DNA of 64,000 bases, taken from NCBI GenBank assembly GCA_043788365.1, contig JAYVTZ010000001.1, positions 7,800 to 71,799 of the forward strand, given 5' to 3'. A program made the translations under genes and the position numbers. This document shows positions 57,701 through 64,000 of the stretch, one piece after another (position 1 is the first letter of the stretch; each line of letters begins with the position of its first letter). The notes under the pieces were generated by a model that was not told the DNA's origin, searched no databases, and was given only the letters and a program-made list of their open reading frames with translations. Source of the DNA: Burkholderiaceae bacterium (lineage in GTDB: Bacteria; Patescibacteriota; Saccharimonadia; Saccharimonadales; AQU-01).

Positions 57701-58340
57701 GCGCACCACAGTTGGTTCGATGTACATGATTAAGCTCAACCACATGATTGCCGATAAGATTCACGCCCGCTCAACCGGTCCATACACTATGGTTACCCAG
57801 CAGCCACTCGGCGGTAAGGCCCAAAATGGTGGTCAGAGATTTGGTGAAATGGAAGTCTGGGCACTCGAAGCTTACGGCGCTTCACATACTCTCCAGGAAA
57901 TGTTGACGATTAAGTCTGATGACGTTTATGGACGCTCAAAAGCCTACGAATCAATCATTAAGGGTACCGAAATTGTCGGGCCTAAGGTTCCAGAAAGCTT
58001 TAACGTGCTTGTCAAGGAACTTCAAGGTCTTGGCCTAAAGGTTGATCTAATGACCGAAGACGCCATCATCGATGCCGAAAAAGTACTTGCTGAAAGCATT
58101 AAGGACGAAGCTGCACATCAATCTGACGTAGAAGTTCCGCAACCAATGGCCTCAGATGTTGATGTTACTACCGACGCGATGGCCGATGAATTCCTAGAAC
58201 TAGAACTTGATTCTGACAATCCAGTCGGTGGCGGTGCTGACATGGATGACGAGGACATTACTATGACTATAAGTACAGATGATAACGACGAGGATGACCT
58301 CGCCGCAGATGACGATAACGAAGGAGGGCTAACACTATGA
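54744..58340 (+). CDS. rpoB: DNA-directed RNA polymerase subunit beta, with acidic C-terminal tail
   Basis: 1198 aa. Conserved blocks (NLVDHQNKSF, GRHGNKGV, MPWSGYNFEDA). AGGAG SD. Confidence 0.98.
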   Translation: MAKATKTTAKERVFYTKIDDSLDLPNLVDHQNKSFQWFVDEGLGELLAEISPIDDYTGTKLTLSFKDYRFEDPKMTEAEARENNVSFDAPLKATVVLTNKVTGEVKEQEIYLGDYPWMTKRGTFVINGAERVVVSQLIRSAGVFFTADNHGSTSLYGAKVIPGRGAWLEFETAANGAIFVKIDRKRKIPITTLLRALGMTDTQMQEAFKHVDQGKLNYLQATLDKDPAKANNEALIEVYRRLRPGDLATVDNARSLLENMFYNYKRFDFSKVGRYKINKRLNLDVPNVLEKRVMRLEDLIAIIAEIIRLNNTQEPADDIDSLANRRVKLVGELVQRQFRIGLLRMERNTKDRMSMSEIETVSPAQLINARPIVAAVREFFASSQLSQFMDQINPLSELAHKRRLSSMGPGGLSRERAGFEVRDAHATHYGRICAVETPEGANIGLVLNLASYARINDYGFIETPYRKVLNAVTAAKAAGHIASVNLEDEKGKVIVKAGTKITAEQAKKLATVKKQVTWPVRAKVTSEIIYLDASEEEHAIIASSAEEIDADGYFVDERVSARKYLASGEVDADEVTHMDASRRQIIGSSAALIPFVEKNYVYRSLMGSNQQRQAVPLISPKAPIVGTGMEGVAARNTGQLIVAEADGEVIRASADEITVKYKDGTVNYHPQHYVRSNEGTSINHKVVVNSGDHVKAGDPLSEGMSVAGGELALGKDLTVAFMPWSGYNFEDAIIISRKLVEDDTLTSIHIVDFMTEVRETKLGPEIVTRDIPNVSEEALRHLDDDGIVRIGAEVHPGDILVGKITPKGEQELSSEERLLRAIFGEKAKEVRDTSQRMSNGKHGKVVGVKVFSRANGHELKAGVLMQIQIFVAQMRKIAVGDKLGGRHGNKGVIARILPVEDMPFNAEGMPVDIVLNPLGVPSRMNVGQLFETHLGIAAKMLGLHVASPSFNGVSVEKIRELLTEAGLPDDGKQQLFDGRTGEAFKERTTVGSMYMIKLNHMIADKIHARSTGPYTMVTQQPLGGKAQNGGQRFGEMEVWALEAYGASHTLQEMLTIKSDDVYGRSKAYESIIKGTEIVGPKVPESFNVLVKELQGLGLKVDLMTEDAIIDAEKVLAESIKDEAAHQSDVEVPQPMASDVDVTTDAMADEFLELELDSDNPVGGGADMDDEDITMTISTDDNDEDDLAADDDNEGGLTL

Positions 58341-61300
58341 TGCGACGCTATAACAACGGAACCGATATTGCCGACTTTACGGCCGTCAGACTAGCCGTAG
58401 CCAGCCCAACCGACATTTTAGAATGGTCGCACGGCGAAGTTACCAAGCCAGAAACTATCAACTACCGCACCCAAAAGCCGGAACGCGACGGCCTCTTCTG
58501 CGAAAGAATCTTTGGACCAGTCAAGGACATTAACCCTCACGATGCTAAGTTTAAGGGCGTTCGCTCACGCGAAGCCGCCGTTGATAAGAACGGTGAAATT
58601 GTTACTAAGAGTATTGTTCGCCGTGAACGCATGGGTCACATTACTCTTGCTAGCCCAGTGGCTCACATCTGGTTTCTGCGTGGTACTCCGTCAGCAATGG
58701 GACTAGTGCTTGGCATGACTGTTAAGAACTTAGAGAGAATCGCATACTTTGCCAGCTATATCATCAAAGAAGCTGACACCGTCAAGCGCGACCAGATCCT
58801 AGCCGACAAAGAAGCCGAATTTTCAGCCGCCCAGGAAGCTATCAGACTACGCTATGAAAACGAAGCACACGCTGAAAACGCTGATGTTAAAGCGCTAGCT
58901 GCCGCTCAAACTAAGGAGCTTGAAGAATTGGTTGCTGACTACGAACTAGCCCGCGAACAGCTTGAAGGACTCGAAAGACTACGTCTAATTGGAGAAACCG
59001 ATTATCGTAACTTACCTGAAGACTTTCAGGCCCTTGTTAAGGTTGGTATGGGTGGTTCAACCCTCAAAGATCTACTAGAAACTGTCGAACTCGAAGACCT
59101 GATTCGCGACCTAAACGTCGAAGTTGAAGAAACTAAGGGTCTGCGCAAGAAGAAGATTATGAAGCGCCTAAGACTGCTAGAAAGTATGCACCGTGCCGGC
59201 ATTAAGCCGTCAAGTTTGTGTGTGACTGTTCTACCGGTTATTCCTCCAGATCTTCGCCCGATGGTTCAGCTAACTGGTGGCCGTTTTGCGACCTCAGACT
59301 TAAACGACCTTTACCGCCGTGTCATCAATCGCAACAACCGTCTTAAGAAGTTAATTGACCTTAACGCGCCAGAAGTCATCCGCCGCAACGAGCAGCGCAT
59401 GCTCCAGGAAGCCGTTGACGCTTTAATTGACAACAACAACGCTCGCTCAGGTCGAGCCGTTGCCGCCACCGGCCAGCGCCGCCGTCTAAAGAGCCTAAGC
59501 GATATGCTAAAAGGCAAGCAAGGACGTTTTCGTCAGAACTTACTCGGTAAGCGCGTTGACTACTCTGGTCGTTCGGTAATTATTGCCGGTCCAGAACTCA
59601 AGATTTACCAATGTGGTATGCCAAAGATGATGGCGCTTGAACTATTCAAGCCATTCGTTATCGGTCACCTCATCACTAACGAATTTGCTCACAATATTCG
59701 CTCAGCAACGCGCATGATTGAAGCCGGTGAAATCGCTGTTTGGGACGCTCTGGACGAAGTAATTAAGGGCAAGTACGTGCTCCTAAACCGTGCTCCATCA
59801 CTTCACCGTTTGAGCATCCAGGCTTTCCAGCCGATCTTAATCGAAGGTAAGGCTATTCAGTTGCACCCACTTGTTTGTAAGGGCTTTAACGCCGACTTCG
59901 ATGGTGACCAAATGGCTGTTCACTTGCCACTTTCTGATGCTGCCCAGGCGGAAGCTCGTGACATCATGGTTGCCAGCAAGAACTTGCTAAAACCAGCTGA
60001 CGGTTCGCCAATCCTCCATATCGAACAAGACATCGTGCTTGGTTGTTACTACTTAACCTATGAACGCCCAGGTATTCAGGCGAAGCAGAAGAGCTTCACT
60101 GGTATCGAAGAAGCGTTGATGGCCTTTGATAGCGGCATCGTTGAGCTTCAAAGTCATGTCCGTATGCCTTTCCGTGGTGAGATGCGTGAAACTACGCTAG
60201 GTCGTGTCCTATTTAACGAAATTTTCCCAGAAGATTTCCCATTCCAAGACCAGGCTATGACTAAGAAGAAGTTGCAACAAGTTGTCGCTCTTTCTTACCA
60301 GAAGTACGGTCAATCTGTTACAGCTACCATTGCCGATGATCTTAAAGATATTGGCTTCCTCTACGCTACAAAATCAGGTTTATCGATGGGTATGAATGAC
60401 TTTAGTGACATTCCGACTCTAGATGCCATGATTGATGCTGGCGAGAAGAAGGCGACTGAAATCAGCGACCAATACGACCAAGGGTTCATTACCGAAGAAG
60501 AACGTTATCGCCTAACTGTCGATACTTGGATGAAGACTGACGCTCAGGTGCAACAGACTCTTAGCGAGCAGTTTACGCTCGAAGACAGTTCAATGGCCGT
60601 GGCCGTTATCTCTGGTGCTCGTGGTAACATAGGTCAGGTTAAAACCGCCGTTGGTCTACTTGGTATCACCACTGACGCTACTGGTCGCGCGATTGAGCTA
60701 CCGATTAAGTCAGGCTATAAGAAAGGTCTAACACCTCTAGAATACTTCACCGCTACTCGTGGTGCACGTAAGGGTATGATTGATACCGCTCTTAAGACCG
60801 CCGACTCAGGTTACCTAACGCGTCGTCTAGTTGACGTCAGTCAAGACGTCTTCACGATTGCTGAAGATGTGGCTGACCCAGGTTTCCCAATCTTTAGAAG
60901 CGACTCTGAAGAAATCGGCGTTCCATACGGTTCAAGACTACGCGGTCGCTTTGCCGCTGAAGACATTGCTAAACATGTTAAGAAGGGCCAGCTAATCACC
61001 GAAGAAATCGCTTCTGCTATCGAGAATGACGCCGCTATGGACGGTGTTAAGATCATGAGCGTTCTAAGTTGTACTAGCGTTAAGGGCATTTCTCGTAAGT
61101 CTTACGGACTTGACCCTGCTACCGGTGAACTCGTTGCCGCCTTCCACCCAGCCGGTGTGATTGCTGCACAGTCAATCGGTGAGCCAGGTACACAGCTAAC
61201 ACTAAAGACATTCCACTCCGGTGGTGTCGCTGGTGAAGATATCACGACTGGTCTACCACGTGTCGAAGAGTTGTTTGAAGTCCGCACACCTAAGGGTCAG

Positions 61301-62146
61301 GCCTTCTTGAGCGAACTTGGTGGTGTTGTCAGTTCATGGGAAGATGGCGACCATTATGTCGTCCAGGTTACTGCTTCAGAGGATTCAATTGTTGAACTAG
61401 CCGTTGCCGGCCGCATCCCACAGATCAAGAACAATGCAGAAGTAGCTATAGGTGACGTTGTCGCCTCGGCTGAGGACGGTAGCGACCCACTAATCTCACC
61501 AATCTCTGGTAAGGCACACGTAACGAAGAAGTTAATCACCGTATCTCCAACCAAGCAGAGTGTTGTTAAGTACGAGATTCCAAGCTTCAAGCAGGTGCTA
61601 GTTAACGACGGTGACACAGTTGTTGCTGGTCAAAGACTTACTAATGGCTCAATTAACCTTCACGAACTAATGCGCCTGCAAGGCGTAGAAGCTACCCAGC
61701 GCTACATCATGAATGACATCTTGAAGATCTTTGCATCACAAGGTCAGAACATCAACGACAAGCACCTTGAAGTAATTGTAAGGCAGATGTTCAGCCGCGT
61801 TCAGATCGAAGAGACTGGTGATAGCCAGTTTGTTATCGGTGACGTTGTCAGTAAGCTAGCCGTCGTCGAAGCCAACGAAGGCCTAGTTCTAGAGGGTAAG
61901 AAACCAGCTAAGTATATTCAACTACTGCTTGGTATTACCAAAGCGTCACTTTCAACCGACTCATTCCTATCAGCTGCCAGTTTCCAAGACACAACTCGTG
62001 TCCTAATTGGTGCTGCTACCAGCGGTAAGGTTGACAAGTTGTTTGGTCTAAAGGAAAACGTTATCTTAGGACGACGCATTCCAGTCGGCACCGGCCACAA
62101 GTCTGAAGCCGAAATGGCCGAAGAAGCCGAAGCCCTCGAACAATAG
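58337..62146 (+). CDS. rpoC: DNA-directed RNA polymerase subunit beta'
   Basis: 1269 aa. NADFDGDQMAVH catalytic motif. ATGA overlap with rpoB. Confidence 0.98.
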   Translation: MMRRYNNGTDIADFTAVRLAVASPTDILEWSHGEVTKPETINYRTQKPERDGLFCERIFGPVKDINPHDAKFKGVRSREAAVDKNGEIVTKSIVRRERMGHITLASPVAHIWFLRGTPSAMGLVLGMTVKNLERIAYFASYIIKEADTVKRDQILADKEAEFSAAQEAIRLRYENEAHAENADVKALAAAQTKELEELVADYELAREQLEGLERLRLIGETDYRNLPEDFQALVKVGMGGSTLKDLLETVELEDLIRDLNVEVEETKGLRKKKIMKRLRLLESMHRAGIKPSSLCVTVLPVIPPDLRPMVQLTGGRFATSDLNDLYRRVINRNNRLKKLIDLNAPEVIRRNEQRMLQEAVDALIDNNNARSGRAVAATGQRRRLKSLSDMLKGKQGRFRQNLLGKRVDYSGRSVIIAGPELKIYQCGMPKMMALELFKPFVIGHLITNEFAHNIRSATRMIEAGEIAVWDALDEVIKGKYVLLNRAPSLHRLSIQAFQPILIEGKAIQLHPLVCKGFNADFDGDQMAVHLPLSDAAQAEARDIMVASKNLLKPADGSPILHIEQDIVLGCYYLTYERPGIQAKQKSFTGIEEALMAFDSGIVELQSHVRMPFRGEMRETTLGRVLFNEIFPEDFPFQDQAMTKKKLQQVVALSYQKYGQSVTATIADDLKDIGFLYATKSGLSMGMNDFSDIPTLDAMIDAGEKKATEISDQYDQGFITEEERYRLTVDTWMKTDAQVQQTLSEQFTLEDSSMAVAVISGARGNIGQVKTAVGLLGITTDATGRAIELPIKSGYKKGLTPLEYFTATRGARKGMIDTALKTADSGYLTRRLVDVSQDVFTIAEDVADPGFPIFRSDSEEIGVPYGSRLRGRFAAEDIAKHVKKGQLITEEIASAIENDAAMDGVKIMSVLSCTSVKGISRKSYGLDPATGELVAAFHPAGVIAAQSIGEPGTQLTLKTFHSGGVAGEDITTGLPRVEELFEVRTPKGQAFLSELGGVVSSWEDGDHYVVQVTASEDSIVELAVAGRIPQIKNNAEVAIGDVVASAEDGSDPLISPISGKAHVTKKLITVSPTKQSVVKYEIPSFKQVLVNDGDTVVAGQRLTNGSINLHELMRLQGVEATQRYIMNDILKIFASQGQNINDKHLEVIVRQMFSRVQIEETGDSQFVIGDVVSKLAVVEANEGLVLEGKKPAKYIQLLLGITKASLSTDSFLSAASFQDTTRVLIGAATSGKVDKLFGLKENVILGRRIPVGTGHKSEAEMAEEAEALEQ

Positions 62147-62182
62147 AGTCGAGGGGCTAGGTCTTTGAACTTATACTAGGGG

Positions 62183-62211
62183 TTGCGTTAGATAGCTATA
62201 TCTGTTAAAAT
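62183..62211 (+). promoter_or_regulatory. candidate str-operon promoter TTGCGT-N17-TAAAAT
   Basis: Hexamers at 62183-62188 and 62206-62211, about 120 nt upstream of rpsL. Confidence 0.45.
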
Positions 62212-62330
62212 GCAACTCAGAGTTTCATATTACAAAGCAGTGTGAATATGAACTGATTTATAGAGGTGCCGACTCGTAATTCAGAATTCATAGCTTACGA
62301 CTGCTAAATCCCAAAGGGAGAATTTAGCCA

Positions 62331-62744
62331 GTGCCAACAATCAACCAACTAGTTCGAAAGCCGCGCACCAGAGCTACGGTGAAGTCAAAGTCACCAGCTC
62401 TGCAGCGCATTGTTAATAACCTTAAGACTAAGTCTTATGACAAACCAGCACCACTAAAAAGAGGTGTTTGTGTCAAGGTTACGACCAAAACACCAAAGAA
62501 GCCTAACTCGGCCTTACGTAAGGTTGCCCGCGTGCGCCTAACCAATGGTCAAGAAGTTTGGGCTTACATTGGCGGCGAAGGTCACAACCTACAAGAGCAT
62601 GCCGTCGTACTGTTACGCGGTGGTCGCGTTAAGGACCTTCCTGGTGTTCGTTACCACATCGTACGTGGCACCCTTGACCTTCAAGGTGTAGCAGACCGTA
62701 AGAACGGCCGTAGCAAATACGGAGCTAAGAAAGAAAGCAAGTAA
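62331..62744 (+). CDS. rpsL: 30S ribosomal protein S12
   Basis: [12 protein letters not shown]-terminus and [18 protein letters not shown] start. AAGGGAG SD. Confidence 0.97.
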   Translation: MPTINQLVRKPRTRATVKSKSPALQRIVNNLKTKSYDKPAPLKRGVCVKVTTKTPKKPNSALRKVARVRLTNGQEVWAYIGGEGHNLQEHAVVLLRGGRVKDLPGVRYHIVRGTLDLQGVADRKNGRSKYGAKKESK

Positions 62745-63022
62745 TGGCCTCACCTTTTGAAACAGGCTCATTTGAGTTTTCCCCAGACTTGGACCCACCT
62801 ATACATCTTGGGCTTGGACCAGAACTTCAGGCAGAACTTGCGCCGGAACGTCTTGCCGCAGTCACTGGTAGAACAATTGACGTTGCAACACTTGGTAAAA
62901 CAACAGTTTCAGCATTGCGACAAGCAGAACTAAAAGATGCATTTCGAAAATTTGTTGCTAGTTCTTCAGTTTCAGTAGTACCACAACCACTTATTATAGA
63001 TAACCTAGTAGGAGCAATTTAA
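62744..63022 (+). CDS. unknown 92-aa ORF inserted between rpsL and rpsG
   Basis: Fills the whole spacer. TAATG overlaps at both ends. Confidence 0.5.
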   Translation: MASPFETGSFEFSPDLDPPIHLGLGPELQAELAPERLAAVTGRTIDVATLGKTTVSALRQAELKDAFRKFVASSSVSVVPQPLIIDNLVGAI

Positions 63023-63501
63023 TGCCGCGTAAGAAAACTAAATCACTTGTACGTGACATACAACCCGACCGTTTGTATGGCTCAGTTGCTGTCCAGCGTC
63101 TTATTAACCGCGTTATGCGCGACGGTAAGAAGCAGCTTGCCGAACGTCTAGTATACGAAGGTATGCAAAACGCCGCCGACAAGCTAAAAGTCGATAATCC
63201 TTTAGAAGTCTTTGAACAGGCTATGAAGAATGTCCAGCCGCACATGGAGACTCGTTCTCGCCGTGTTGGTGGCGCAAACTATCAGATTCCTTTTGAAGTT
63301 AAGGGTCAACGCCAGAATCACCTAACAACTATGTGGTTTGTTGCCGCTGCCCGTGGCCGCAAGGGGATCGGTATGGCCGATCGTCTGGCAATCGAATTTG
63401 TCGAAGCTTACAACAATACCGGCACTGCCGTTAAGAAGCGTGAAGATACTCACAAGATGGCTGAGTCAAACCGAGCATTTGCTCACTTCGCAAGGTTCTA
63501 G
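63022..63501 (+). CDS. rpsG: 30S ribosomal protein S7
   Basis: 159 aa. Motifs KFINRLM-like LINRVMRDGKK and VGGANYQIP. Confidence 0.97.
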   Translation: MPRKKTKSLVRDIQPDRLYGSVAVQRLINRVMRDGKKQLAERLVYEGMQNAADKLKVDNPLEVFEQAMKNVQPHMETRSRRVGGANYQIPFEVKGQRQNHLTTMWFVAAARGRKGIGMADRLAIEFVEAYNNTGTAVKKREDTHKMAESNRAFAHFARF

Positions 63502-63581
63502 TATGACAGACCTGGTTGCTAGCAGTAATTGCCCAGCCGAAGTTGTCGTGGCCTTTAATGGCGCTGGACTAGCAGGATAAT

Positions 63582-63926
63582 ATGACAGCAGAAGCTACTA
63601 AGTCTAATCCAAGTATAGAGGCTGTTCAGGTGTCGGCTAGCGCTGGTGTTTCGGCCGAGCAAATGTTTATGTCAGCCAAAAGAGACACACCATCGTCTAT
63701 ATATTTTGAATTAGCCGGTTTGGTGGCTGACAGAGTGGCTTTTCGCCCCACCTTTACAGAAGATTTAGACCAACTTATAAGCGATGGTGACGCCAGTAAA
63801 GCAACCGCCGAAGCTCGAGCGACACTTGCTTATAGGATTGGCGCTAGGGCTGCATTTGCAGATTTTGCAGCCGGAAATGACACAGAACTTCAAAAATTAA
63901 TGGGTTATTACGTAACCGAGGAATAA
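63582..63926 (+). CDS. unknown 114-aa Ala-rich ORF inserted between rpsG and fusA
   Basis: AGGA lies 5 nt upstream of the ATG. The stop is 1 nt before the fusA ATG. Confidence 0.5.
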   Translation: MTAEATKSNPSIEAVQVSASAGVSAEQMFMSAKRDTPSSIYFELAGLVADRVAFRPTFTEDLDQLISDGDASKATAEARATLAYRIGARAAFADFAAGNDTELQKLMGYYVTEE

Positions 63927-63927
63927 A

Positions 63928-64000
63928 ATGGCAGAAAAGAAATTTACACTAGACAAAGTTCGTAACATTGGCATCATTGCTCACATTGACGCCGGTAAGA
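63928..64000 (+). CDS. fusA: elongation factor G, N-terminal 24 codons (3' end outside window)
   Basis: MAEKKFTLDKVRNIGIIAHIDAGK G1 motif. GAGGA SD. Confidence 0.93.
   Translation, partial: MAEKKFTLDKVRNIGIIAHIDAGK

Noticed and set aside
63338-63580. 80-aa ORF overlapping the 3' half of rpsG.
   Set aside because: It is out of frame within a universally conserved ribosomal protein gene and has no independent support.
1-64000. Alternative genetic code (UGA recoding, as in some CPR lineages) or TAG reassignment.
   Set aside because: All conserved genes are full-length under the standard code. TGA, TAA and TAG all terminate well-aligned housekeeping genes (gatC/gatA end in TGA; fba/uvrB/galU end in TAG). 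The single in-frame TAG at 28959 is better explained as a pseudogene.

Overview
This 64-kb window is a gene-dense chromosomal segment, mostly on the plus strand, with about 60 CDS and one tRNA. I saw no rRNA, CRISPR array, transposase or integrase. The gene content suggests a reduced-genome Patescibacteria/CPR bacterium, probably Saccharibacteria-like; that is inference, since no search was possible. The supporting content is a gap-rpiB-rpe-split tkt-fba-pfkB sugar cluster, gatCAB, an orphan PilB ATPase, standard stop codons, and many small unknown ORFs wedged into universal operons. Housekeeping genes called with high confidence are uvrB, dnaE, nusA, clpC, radA, a class A PBP, tyrS, recG, rsmD, hisS, tig, clpP, rpoB, rpoC, rpsL, rpsG and the start of fusA. 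Seven things deserve a second look. (1) A dispersed intergenic repeat family is built from phased degenerate heptamers (NNAC[T/G]AG) and occurs in at least 7 intergenic regions. The arms are gene-oriented, start at TAG stop codons and abut start codons that lack a Shine-Dalgarno. (2) Near-perfect CIRCE (HrcA operator) inverted repeats sit upstream of clpC and clpP, each embedded in a promoter. (3) An accessory island of about 5.6 kb lies between rsmD and hisS. It holds tRNA-Leu(TAG), two ~100-bp direct repeats with a 71-nt identical core made of tRNA T-arm-derived sequence, and small ORFs. It also holds a 1279-aa membrane-anchored protein with two tandem six-bladed Kelch-like propellers, each blade carrying a conserved Cys pair. 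(4) Translationally coupled unknown ORFs are inserted into gatCAB, into the str operon (rpsL-X-rpsG-Y-fusA) and after clpP (a tandem RHH protein). (5) Many genes have a leaderless-type promoter-to-ATG geometry. (6) A promoter-equipped small ORF between nusA and clpC is interrupted by an in-frame TAG. (7) There is a cytoplasmic zinc phospholipase C / P1 nuclease-like protein. All functional calls rest on motif recognition by eye; no database search or computation was run.
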